DNA from: an uncultured bacterium
Lineage (GTDB): Bacteria > JAJVIF01 > JAPKYR01
DNA length: 21,824 nt
Direction: 5' to 3'
Assembly (NCBI GenBank): GCA_965369865.1
Contig: CBDURU010000057.1
Span: 1 to 21,824 of the forward strand
Of the stretch, positions 9,113 to 17,602 are shown piece after piece. A program made the position numbers and the translations under genes. Under the pieces are notes generated by a model, which had not been told where the DNA came from, made no database searches, and saw only the letters and a program-made list of their open reading frames with translations. Numbering within the stretch: position 1 is the stretch's first letter; every line of letters starts with the position of its first letter.

Positions 9113-10402
9113 ATGGTATCGGCTGATGGTTCAATCTGCATCCGAAACGCCCACCTGTTCGACCCATCGCAGGAAATCGATTCCGTAGGTGACGTCTTAA
9201 TCAGGGATGGGTTAATCGGCAAAATTGGCGAGCAGCTTGCACACGGTGGTAACCAGGATTCAATTATCGAGGCTGATGGCAAGTACCTTTTTCCATCCTT
9301 CTGTGATCCTCATGTTCATTTCAGGACCCCCGGGCAAACCGATAAGGAAGATATCGAATCCGGGTCGCGTGCCGCCCTTGCGGGTGGTTTCACTTGTGTT
9401 ATCCAAATGCCCAATACAAATCCGGCTGTGGATCGACCGGAGATCGTCAAGGATCTGACCCGTGATGAGCCGTTGGAACTTCGGGTAATGGGAGCCATCA
9501 CTGTAGGGACTGACACCCGTGTGCTCGTGGAACTGGATCCACTATTCGAAGCTGGTGCCGTGGCATTTACAGATGATGGTCAGCCGGTAATAGAACCTGT
9601 ATTTATGAAGGCTGCGCTTCGAAGCGGGCAGGAGAATGGAATTCCAGTCGCCAGCCACGCTGAGAATCCGACAATCGGTTTAATGGGGATTATCAGGGGA
9701 GGAATAATTGCCGAGTCACTCGATTTGCCCGGCTGGAACGCTCGACGTGAGACGTCGATGATCGAACGAGACTGCGATCTCGCCGGCAGTATCGGTGGCC
9801 ATGTACATTTTTGCCATGTATCGGTCAAACAATCCCTTGATGTTATCAGGCAGGCTAAAGCCGATGGAGTTAACATCACCGCCGAGGTCACCCCGCATCA
9901 CCTGGCGCTGACAGTCGATATCGTACCCGATTTAACATCATATGCGAAAATGAATCCGCCGCTGGGGTTCGAGGAGGATCGCCTGGCCCTGATCGAGGGT
10001 TTCAGGGATGGGACTATCGACTGTATCGCCACCGATCACGCGCCGCATACAATCGAAGAAAAATCAAAGGACCTTTTAAAAGCCCCTTATGGTGTAATCG
10101 GGCTCGAGACATCTTTTGGCGTGTGCTATACGGAACTCATTAAAAATGGAAATTTACCCCTCTCAAGGCTGATAGACGGGATGTCAATTAAACCGAGGGA
10201 AATTTTTCATCTCGAGAGGATCGGTTTATTCGAAGGGTCCCGTGCCGATTTGGTACTGGTGGATCTCGACCGTGAATGGAAGGTCGATCCTGGGAAGTTT
10301 GAATCGAAAGCCCGAAACAGTCCTTTCCTGAACAGGGATTTATTCGGAAAAGTCCTGTGGACAATGTACAAAGGAAATATTGCCTGGGAATTGAACGATT
10401 AA
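9113..10402 (+). CDS. pyrC: Dihydroorotase (type I)
   Basis: DPHVHFRTPG, MPNTNP, AFTDDG, SHAE, CHVS, AEVTPHHL, KMNPPL, ATDHAPH, GLET, RNSPF. Confidence 0.93.
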   Translation: MVSADGSICIRNAHLFDPSQEIDSVGDVLIRDGLIGKIGEQLAHGGNQDSIIEADGKYLFPSFCDPHVHFRTPGQTDKEDIESGSRAALAGGFTCVIQMPNTNPAVDRPEIVKDLTRDEPLELRVMGAITVGTDTRVLVELDPLFEAGAVAFTDDGQPVIEPVFMKAALRSGQENGIPVASHAENPTIGLMGIIRGGIIAESLDLPGWNARRETSMIERDCDLAGSIGGHVHFCHVSVKQSLDVIRQAKADGVNITAEVTPHHLALTVDIVPDLTSYAKMNPPLGFEEDRLALIEGFRDGTIDCIATDHAPHTIEEKSKDLLKAPYGVIGLETSFGVCYTELIKNGNLPLSRLIDGMSIKPREIFHLERIGLFEGSRADLVLVDLDREWKVDPGKFESKARNSPFLNRDLFGKVLWTMYKGNIAWELND

Positions 10403-10439
10403 GCCATTCCGTCAGTAAATAAAAAAAAGGAAAACAGAA

Positions 10440-10970
10440 ATGCGAGCATCTGAACTTTCCCAAAAAAACATGCGGCAAAAAAAGATGATTTCTGTTTGCT
10501 GCGGCGCATTCCCGTCGGATAAGGAAGCGGAGCTTGCTTATGAGGTTGGGCGGGAAATTGCGAGGCGGGGAGCGATTCTTGTATGCGGTGGCCTCGGGGG
10601 AAGCATGGAAGCGGCATGCAGGGGCTCAAAGGAAGAAGGTGGAATGACAATCGGAATCATCCCGGTTTATGGTAAACAGGCTGCAAATGAATTTATTGAT
10701 ATCGTTATACCCACGGGACTCGGGCATGCAAGGAACAACATCGTTGCCGCAACGGGCGACGGGGTAATCGGGGTAGGGGGTAGTTGGGGAACATTGAGCG
10801 AATTGTCTATCGCGTTCAAGATGGGAAAACCTGTTGTATCGCTTGGAGGCTGGGACGTTAAAAATCCGATGGGCAAAGATGAAGGATTTGTAATTGTTAA
10901 TACGCCTTACGAGGCTGTGTCGATTGCGCTTGGCGAAGGCACGGATCAATTACGTAATGAGGGAGCCTAG
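10440..10970 (+). CDS. LOG-family Rossmann-fold protein (TIGR00725-like)
   Basis: VCGGLGGSMEAACRG, GMTIGIIP, TGLGHARN, GGSWGTLSE, KPVV; AAGGA SD (alternative ATG at 10470). Confidence 0.88.
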   Translation: MRASELSQKNMRQKKMISVCCGAFPSDKEAELAYEVGREIARRGAILVCGGLGGSMEAACRGSKEEGGMTIGIIPVYGKQAANEFIDIVIPTGLGHARNNIVAATGDGVIGVGGSWGTLSELSIAFKMGKPVVSLGGWDVKNPMGKDEGFVIVNTPYEAVSIALGEGTDQLRNEGA

Positions 10971-10988
10971 CCAATACCATCCTGTTAT

Positions 10989-11978
10989 TTACATATTCTC
11001 GTGGAACCTGCGCTTTAAACCCTTGCTCTTCCCTCCTTCTTTTATTTCCATTTGACGGTTAATGAGTTCGATCAGGTTATTGAGTATCATGGCGTGCGTG
11101 ATGCTCCTGACCCCGCCGGGTACTGGTGTTATATAACTCGCCGATTTCGAGACATTTGTAAAATCACAGTCGCCGGATACTTGTCCGCGACTGAATTTAT
11201 AGCCCATATCGATCACTATACTTTTTGGTTTAAGCCTTGAACTCGAAAGCCATTTTGCCTGATTCGTGCAGGTGATTACCGCTTCACCTTCGGGATTAAT
11301 GATCCCTGGGACCTCTATTTTTTCATTGTCAAGGGATCTGAGCATTCGTCTCTGGCCATTTTCAGTAGTTGTCGAGATGTTGGAAAATTTAAGGAGTTTT
11401 ACATTACAGCCTTTGTCGAAAAGGAAGTTTGAAAGCATCTTGACCGTCCCGGCGGTCGCATCCGATCCGACCACAACGGCATTGCCCCCTTTAAATTCGA
11501 ACTCACATTCTTTAAGAGTCTCCTGAACAGCCAATATCTCGGGCGGGTGGATGATTTCATCGACCTCGTGAGGGGAATAGGTCGCCATTCCGCGATTCAG
11601 GAAATGAAGTCCCGCGACATCTTTCTCAAGCGGCAGGCGCGCCATGACCTCCGACAATGGAATGATCTCTGTCGGTAACGGAAGCTGGATGTAAATACCC
11701 TGGATGAATGGGCTTCGCTTGTATTCCTCAAGCGTCGGATAAAATCGCCTTCCTACGTTTCGCTGGGCCACCCGTTCCAGGTGGACCTTTATTCCTGCCT
11801 GCTCGGCCAGATCGGCGACCCTTCCGGTATCGGCCATCGAAACCTGGTCTCCGGTAACCAGGAGGATTCCAAGTCCAACCTCGATATGGTGTTGCCTGCG
11901 AAGTTGTTCCGCCTCGCGCTTGATCCGGCGTATTAGACTGTTGACAAGCGATTTTCCATCGATTACTTTAGCGACCAT
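10989..11978 (-). CDS. FolD-like (methylene-THF dehydrogenase/cyclohydrolase fold) protein with degenerate active-site motifs
   Basis: Start moved to ATG 11978 (MVAKVIDGK matches the FolD N-terminus and removes the overlap with amrA). Retains QLPLP, VIDMG, GDCDF and ITPVPGGV; YxxxK, KDVDG and PCTP are altered. Confidence 0.85.
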   Translation of the reverse strand: MVAKVIDGKSLVNSLIRRIKREAEQLRRQHHIEVGLGILLVTGDQVSMADTGRVADLAEQAGIKVHLERVAQRNVGRRFYPTLEEYKRSPFIQGIYIQLPLPTEIIPLSEVMARLPLEKDVAGLHFLNRGMATYSPHEVDEIIHPPEILAVQETLKECEFEFKGGNAVVVGSDATAGTVKMLSNFLFDKGCNVKLLKFSNISTTTENGQRRMLRSLDNEKIEVPGIINPEGEAVITCTNQAKWLSSSRLKPKSIVIDMGYKFSRGQVSGDCDFTNVSKSASYITPVPGGVRSITHAMILNNLIELINRQMEIKEGGKSKGLKRRFHENM

Positions 11979-12033
11979 TGATTCCGGGTTTGAAACTTTA
12001 GTGTAAAAAAAAATGTTTACTGGTTCCAACTTA

Positions 12034-12609
12034 TTAAAAAACTTCCGCAGCGAACTTATAGATCTTCGCTCCACGTTTCCAGGCATCGGGTGAAAGGCCG
12101 GCTTTCAAACAGGTCTGAGATATAAAATCCGGAACACCCATGTTGTGCTCTATCGCGACCTGGGGTAACAGCAATCCATGGCTGCCTGCCTGTTCTATTA
12201 CCAGCCCGTCCCGGCCTATGACGATATCTTTTATATCCTTGACTTCCCTGAGCGGGCCCATGACTGAAATGTCGATACTGACATTTTCAAATTCCGCCGC
12301 GGACAGTGGTGGAAATCGTGGGTCCGATGCTGCGGACTTAACCGCCATTTCCGCAATAGTCTCGGGGAGTGGTTTATCGGAAACCAGGTTTCCAATGCAC
12401 CCCCGGAGTTCACTGTTTATTTTCAAGGTGACGAACGCTCCCCAGGTGTCCTTTAAAACCGGATCGCTGTAAACCAGTTTCTGTGGCGGTTCCCGGTAAA
12501 CGTGTCGCCTTACTTCCTCTCTGGCGATATCGAGAAGGTACTTCCTCGATTCAGGTGAAATCCCAGGAAGATCATTTTTCTCACCGGATGTATCTTTGTC
12601 CTGTTGCAT
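12034..12609 (-). CDS. amrA: AmmeMemoRadiSam system protein A (AMMECR1 domain)
   Basis: GAFVTL, LRGCIG, DPRFPP, GRDGL, LLLPQVA, CLKAGL, FAAEVF. Confidence 0.95.
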   Translation of the reverse strand: MQQDKDTSGEKNDLPGISPESRKYLLDIAREEVRRHVYREPPQKLVYSDPVLKDTWGAFVTLKINSELRGCIGNLVSDKPLPETIAEMAVKSAASDPRFPPLSAAEFENVSIDISVMGPLREVKDIKDIVIGRDGLVIEQAGSHGLLLPQVAIEHNMGVPDFISQTCLKAGLSPDAWKRGAKIYKFAAEVF

Positions 12610-12635
12610 GGTGCAGACCTCGCTCGTGTCTGTTT

Positions 12636-13481
12636 TTATGCGCTTGCAAGATCCGGTGACGGATAAGCCAGCGCTGCATATCCTACCACACCGTTTCGGT
12701 CTCCGCCCGAATCACCGGAATTATAATATATCAGGACTTCAGGTTGACCGAGCGACCAGACTTTCGAGAGTTCAATTGCCACGCAAATCCCGGAATACCC
12801 GCACGCCAGCCGTCCACCTTCGCCGGATTGATCGATAATTGAACCGACGTCCTCCTTCAGAATTAATTCCAGGGTTTTCTGGTCAAGCTCACGGGCTTCG
12901 TCATATCCGTAGAAGTGGCTAAGATCGGATGAGATGAGCAGTACATCCGTTAAAGGATCGAGGTTGGCGGCGAGAGCGTTTGCCAGGTCACTGATATTCG
13001 CCCTTGCAGTGCTGCCGGCAAGAATTGGGAGGATTTTTACCTCTCCAGGGACAATATGCTGGAGCATGGGGAGAATAACCTCGAGTGAATGTTCATTTTC
13101 GTGAGCTTCGGGAACAAATTCGAATCCTGTCGCGCTTTCGAGTGTGCCGAGAAGGTCCTGGTCAACCATTATATCCCCGAGTGGGGTCTGGTATTTTTCA
13201 TAGCCTCCCAGGGAAAAGCCCATGAAGTAATGCCGGTGTGCGGGGCCAATCAAAACCACCCGTTTCGGGGGTGATAAAACAAGCGTCATCAGGCCCCTGA
13301 CAGCCGCAAGGCCGGAGTAAGCCCATCCGGCGTGAGGGAGGATCAGGATGGGGGGGCGTTTCTCGCGACTGTGGCCTTCGTTTTGCTTAACCAGGATGTC
13401 GAGCGACTTGGTTATCTCCCCGTTTGTCCCTGGATAAAACGATCCGGCAAACCGGGGTTTTCGAATCTGTGAAGTTGACAT
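12636..13481 (-). CDS. amrB: AmmeMemoRadiSam system protein B (Memo-like)
   Basis: RKPRFAGSFYP, PHAGWAYSG, GPAH, TPLG, EHSLEV, SSDLSHF, ACG, YNSGD, VVGYAA. Confidence 0.95.
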   Translation of the reverse strand: MSTSQIRKPRFAGSFYPGTNGEITKSLDILVKQNEGHSREKRPPILILPHAGWAYSGLAAVRGLMTLVLSPPKRVVLIGPAHRHYFMGFSLGGYEKYQTPLGDIMVDQDLLGTLESATGFEFVPEAHENEHSLEVILPMLQHIVPGEVKILPILAGSTARANISDLANALAANLDPLTDVLLISSDLSHFYGYDEARELDQKTLELILKEDVGSIIDQSGEGGRLACGYSGICVAIELSKVWSLGQPEVLIYYNSGDSGGDRNGVVGYAALAYPSPDLASA

Positions 13482-13582
13482 GGCACTTAAAGTTTATCAG
13501 ATTTAACCCGGAAAAAAACCTTTATGGGGTTTGAAATGCCTTAAATCTGGAACACCGTTCAAGTTGGTGTTAAAATCAAGGC

Positions 13583-14359
13583 ATGTACCCACGGTTATGG
13601 GCATATTTTCTTTGCACTTTGGCATACGTGATATTTTTAATCGCTCCGCCCGCTTTTGCGCTTGAAAAAGAAGATATAACCGAATCGGGCGTCACACACA
13701 GCTCAGTTGAGAACACACTTTCGGGAATCCTTTCTGAGGATGGTGGCGGGAGGTATTCATACCGGGAGGGTTCCCTCGAAGACCCACCGTGGGTTACGGC
13801 GTTCAGGAACTGGCTGAAACGGGTCCAGGACCGCTGGAACTCCAGTGGTGGACCGGCAGGTGACAGCATCATACTATTCAATATCTGGATTGCCGTTTCT
13901 TTCGTGGTTCTGGTTCTCGTGGTCTTGTATTTCATTGCACGGATATTAGGCTTTAAGTTTGTCGGAAAGCGAGACCCGGTAAAAATCGCCATCGAAAACG
14001 GTGACATTTTATTAGGGACCTGGGGAGAGGAAGGTGCCCGTAAAGCGATAGAATTCGCTTCGGTTGGGAAATTCCGTGACGCCATCAGCCTGCTGTTCCG
14101 GTCGGCACTCAGGGGCCTCGATCATTCGGGCTGGATACGGTATCGAAAAAGCGGCGGATCGAGACACTACCTCAGGCAGTTACGAGTAAGCGAAAGTTTG
14201 TATCCCCTGTTCCGTGAAATGCTCGGACGGTTCGAAATCGCTTTCTACAAGAACGATCAAACGTACGAGGACGACTGGACATTTTTATATGACAAGTACC
14301 AGGATCTCGCCAGAACCGCGGTAGGTGTCAAACCCATTGCGAATACAGGCAGAGTGTAA
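13583..14359 (+). CDS. DUF4129-like membrane protein
   Basis: Signal peptide (AFA-L), one internal TM helix; C-terminal FRDAISLLFRSALRGLD..GWI..HYLRQL..FEIAFY resembles DUF4129. Confidence 0.7.
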   Translation: MYPRLWAYFLCTLAYVIFLIAPPAFALEKEDITESGVTHSSVENTLSGILSEDGGGRYSYREGSLEDPPWVTAFRNWLKRVQDRWNSSGGPAGDSIILFNIWIAVSFVVLVLVVLYFIARILGFKFVGKRDPVKIAIENGDILLGTWGEEGARKAIEFASVGKFRDAISLLFRSALRGLDHSGWIRYRKSGGSRHYLRQLRVSESLYPLFREMLGRFEIAFYKNDQTYEDDWTFLYDKYQDLARTAVGVKPIANTGRV

Positions 14360-14365
14360 GCCGGA

Positions 14366-15055
14366 TCAACTAATCCCTTTCTCCTTCATCCTTAATTCCT
14401 TATACGCCATCGGTGAAATTGGCCTTCTCAAAAACAGCCATTTCCGGGGGGGCTCTTCAACGTGCGTCTCGAGTTCCTGCACAACCCTGTAACCCCTGCG
14501 TTCGTAAATGGGCAGGCCCGGATCATCCGATGGCAGCCATACCGTCATCCAGTTTTTACCCTGTGCCCTCGACCAGAAAGCGCCATGCATCAGGAGAAGC
14601 GTACCGCGGCCTTCCCCACGGCTACCTGGAAGGAGTGCAACGATCGACTGGTGAGCTTCATCCGGTTCAGGTTCGTGAACGAGCAGGGGAAGCAGACCTG
14701 CCTCCCGGATTTTTTCAGTAAGCCCCATTTTTGTAACAACCACCCTTGGAATTGACAGCCCGTTAAGTTTAAGGGTTTCGGATGTCAGAAGATCGATTAC
14801 ACCGATGACGGTTTCGTCTTCATGCATTACCCACGTGGAGTCGAGACGAAGCCGGTTTTGTAAAACAACTCGGACCTCCTCATAGGTCGCCTGGTCGGCC
14901 TGCCCGAATTCATATCCGAAGACCTTGTTGAGAAGCCCGAGGGCGAGAAACGCGATCTGGCTGAGATCGCCCTTAGTCGCAGGACCGCAGTAGATATCAA
15001 AAACGTCGTCATCGCCGAATGGATCGGGATACTGTATCGGATTATTTTTCATCAT
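14366..15055 (-). CDS. GNAT family N-acetyltransferase
   Basis: Acetyl-CoA motif A ALLPGSRGEGRGTLLL and motif B IYERRGY; start uncertain (TTG 15061, ATG 15055 or 15052). Confidence 0.75.
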   Translation of the reverse strand: MMKNNPIQYPDPFGDDDVFDIYCGPATKGDLSQIAFLALGLLNKVFGYEFGQADQATYEEVRVVLQNRLRLDSTWVMHEDETVIGVIDLLTSETLKLNGLSIPRVVVTKMGLTEKIREAGLLPLLVHEPEPDEAHQSIVALLPGSRGEGRGTLLLMHGAFWSRAQGKNWMTVWLPSDDPGLPIYERRGYRVVQELETHVEEPPRKWLFLRRPISPMAYKELRMKEKGIS

Positions 15056-15230
15056 TCTCAAACAGCTTCTTTGTCTCAGGTTTATTTTTGTCTCTTACAT
15101 CCGGATTACCAGCGAATACCGAATCCCTGAGCGGCCGATCGGACACCTCGAACAGCAGGAGTTGCGGTCGCTCGTCCTTGTTTAGAAGGCTCCTGATCGC
15201 TTTACGGGATTTTTCATTTCGGGATGGCAT
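15042..15230 (-). CDS. Small charged hypothetical protein (62 aa)
   Basis: AGGAG SD immediately after the aminotransferase stop; fills the gap in the gene run and overlaps the GNAT start. Confidence 0.55.
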   Translation of the reverse strand: MPSRNEKSRKAIRSLLNKDERPQLLLFEVSDRPLRDSVFAGNPDVRDKNKPETKKLFENDEK

Positions 15231-15241
15231 ATATCTCCTAA

Positions 15242-16501
15242 TTACCCGAGTGCCGCGGCGATTTCCTTAACCTCGGCAGTGGACTCCCGGATTGCGTGAA
15301 GGATCCAATTCAGGTCGTCATCATTTATCGCGAGCGGCGGCTCGATCCTGATTACGCTGTGATCGTTCAATGTAAACGCCACCAGGACTTTCCTCGATGC
15401 CAGTGCGGAGATCATCAACCCCCCGATATCACTGTCGGCGAATTCAAGCCCTATGAAACATCCACGTCCGCGGACATCCTTTATTATATCAGGATTACCA
15501 GCCATGAGATCGTTCATCGCAGCGATAATTTTCTCACCGGCAATTCTTGCCTTCTCTGGTAGATTTTCTTCCTCGACAACCTCAATCGTAGCGAGAGCGG
15601 CGACACAGGCGAGTGGATTCCCGCCGAATGTGGATGAATGAATAAGCGGATTGTCCTCGAATACCTTCCAGACCGACGGGGTCCCGAGAATAGCGCCGAC
15701 CGGTATTACACCACCGCTGAGAGCTTTGGCCAGCGTCATTATATCCGGCTCGATACCCCAGTGCTCGCATGCGAACATTTTCCCTGTACGTCCCATCCCC
15801 GTCTGGACTTCATCGATAATGAGCAATACTCCATTATCCCGGCAGATCCGCTGGACTTTCGGGAAGTAATCATCGGGTGGTTCATAAATCCCGCCTTCCC
15901 CCTGGATCGGTTCGACTATAAACGCCGCGGTGTCACCATCAATGGCGCTCTCAAGTTCATCGGCATCGCCGAACCGGACCATTTTCGCTCCCGGAATCAA
16001 CGGGCGGAACGGTTCCTGGAATACGTCGCGTCCGGTTACCGACAGGCTCCCAAGCGTTTTTCCATGAAATGCCCGTTGCGTATAAATGAATTTATGCTTT
16101 TTAGTTTTTAATCTGGCCAGTTTTAACGCACCTTCGATTGCTTCCGTACCGGAATTACACAGGAATGTATATTGAAGTTCGCCGGGTGAAATTTCCGCAA
16201 GTTTCTTCGCGAGACGGGCGTACGGTTCAATCAAAAGTTCCTTGCTGGTCATGGGCATTTTCTCAAGCTGATTTTTTACAGCCCCGACAACTTTCGGATG
16301 CCGGTGCCCAAGCGCGAACACACCGAACCCGCCAAGGCAGTCGACATACTCATTGCCCATGATGTCATAGACATGGGAACCCTCCGCGTGGTCCTCGATC
16401 ACATCGTAGCCCATGAACGCGACCAGCCGCATCAGCGACGGGTTGATGTGCTTCATGTACAGGTCTTTGATCTCTTCGTTTCTTTCTTCAAAGTTTGTCA
16501 T
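15242..16501 (-). CDS. patA: Class III PLP-dependent aminotransferase, putrescine aminotransferase (PatA/YgjG)-like
   Basis: DCLGGFGVFALGHRHP, SKELL, CNSGTEA, FHGK, EPIQGEGG, DEVQTGMGRTGK, LAKAL (PLP Lys), STFGGNPLAC, TLN..IRIEPPL. ATG 16501 follows AGGA (track start 16516). Substrate is inferred. Confidence 0.8.
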   Translation of the reverse strand: MTNFEERNEEIKDLYMKHINPSLMRLVAFMGYDVIEDHAEGSHVYDIMGNEYVDCLGGFGVFALGHRHPKVVGAVKNQLEKMPMTSKELLIEPYARLAKKLAEISPGELQYTFLCNSGTEAIEGALKLARLKTKKHKFIYTQRAFHGKTLGSLSVTGRDVFQEPFRPLIPGAKMVRFGDADELESAIDGDTAAFIVEPIQGEGGIYEPPDDYFPKVQRICRDNGVLLIIDEVQTGMGRTGKMFACEHWGIEPDIMTLAKALSGGVIPVGAILGTPSVWKVFEDNPLIHSSTFGGNPLACVAALATIEVVEEENLPEKARIAGEKIIAAMNDLMAGNPDIIKDVRGRGCFIGLEFADSDIGGLMISALASRKVLVAFTLNDHSVIRIEPPLAINDDDLNWILHAIRESTAEVKEIAAALG

Positions 16502-16581
16502 AATTATTTCCTGCATGACGAGTATAACGCTATTGAGGTATAATTCGCATCACCTTAGTGGAGTTTTTTAAAGGACTTAGT

Positions 16582-17592
16582 ATGACAATCACAGACCAGC
16601 CGGTATTCGTTGAAGTCACCAGGTCCAATCGACGTGAAGCATTGCACCAGGTTCATGTCGTAGCCTGCGATTCCACCGGAAAAATAATCGGGCAGTACGG
16701 GGATCCGGCCATCGAGACCTATGAACGTTCCCTCGCAAAACCCCTCCAGCTTCTGACCGTCATGAAATTACGGCCATCGCTCCTTGATGAATGTTCGCAT
16801 GAAGAGATCGCGATCATGGCGGCAAGCCATTCAGGCGAGGCTAAGCATATCGAAACCATCAACGGTTTGCTTAAAAGGTACGATTTAAAAGAGGATTCCC
16901 TCCTGTGCGGTACACATCCGCCTTTCCTTCAGAAGGCAAACTGGGAACTCGGACGATTGGGTATCGAAACAGGGCCTGTTTATCACAATTGTTCGGGTAA
17001 ACATATCGGGATGCTTCTTGCCTCCAGGGAAATGGGATGGACTTTCGATCGCTATAACCATATCGATCATCCGATACAGGTCGCGAACAGGGTAACGATG
17101 GCCAGGTACGCGGGAACCACGCCTGAAGAGCTTGATTTCGGCTCCGACGGGTGCGGCGTTCCGACATGGTGGCTGAGTTTGCAGGAAATCGCCTTGGCTT
17201 CAGCCAGATTTGGTGATCCTGATTTCGGTGAGGACGATTTCGAAATTAAATTCAAGGACAAAATTTTCGAGTCCTACCATAAAGCGTCATGGTGGACAGC
17301 GGGCACCAACAGGTTCGGTGATCCGTTCAATAAGGAATCCGATGAAAAATGGCTTGGTAAAATCGGGGGGGAAGCGGTATTCGGTGTCAGTTTCAAGGAC
17401 AGGTCGATCGGTATCGGGATAAAAGTTCTCGATGGCAACAATCGCGTACTTGGTCCGGCACTCCTTTACGCGATGAAACAGTGGGACCTGATCACCGACG
17501 ATCAATTATCAAGATTAAGTGACTGGACGCAGGTTATAAGAAAAAACGCCCCCGGCTGGGACATTGGGTTTGTAAGGGTAGTGGAAGATTGA
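16582..17592 (+). CDS. L-asparaginase II (Rhizobium etli-type, class 3)
   Basis: RSLAKP, SHSGEAKH, HNCSGKH, DGCGVP, KIGGE and KVLDG motifs; ATG 16582 follows AAGGA (track start GTG 16558). Confidence 0.9.
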   Translation: MTITDQPVFVEVTRSNRREALHQVHVVACDSTGKIIGQYGDPAIETYERSLAKPLQLLTVMKLRPSLLDECSHEEIAIMAASHSGEAKHIETINGLLKRYDLKEDSLLCGTHPPFLQKANWELGRLGIETGPVYHNCSGKHIGMLLASREMGWTFDRYNHIDHPIQVANRVTMARYAGTTPEELDFGSDGCGVPTWWLSLQEIALASARFGDPDFGEDDFEIKFKDKIFESYHKASWWTAGTNRFGDPFNKESDEKWLGKIGGEAVFGVSFKDRSIGIGIKVLDGNNRVLGPALLYAMKQWDLITDDQLSRLSDWTQVIRKNAPGWDIGFVRVVED

Positions 17593-17602
17593 GCTTCCAA
17601 TT

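Noticed and set aside
11979..12086. 36-aa N-terminal extension of the FolD-like ORF in the track
   Set aside because: Overlaps the amrA 3' end; FolD similarity starts at ATG 11978.
13576..14085. 169-aa antisense ORF, and similar shadow ORFs (2944-3375, 4820-5242, 15638-16111, 20991-21356)
   Set aside because: Nested opposite well-supported genes, with composition typical of antisense frames.
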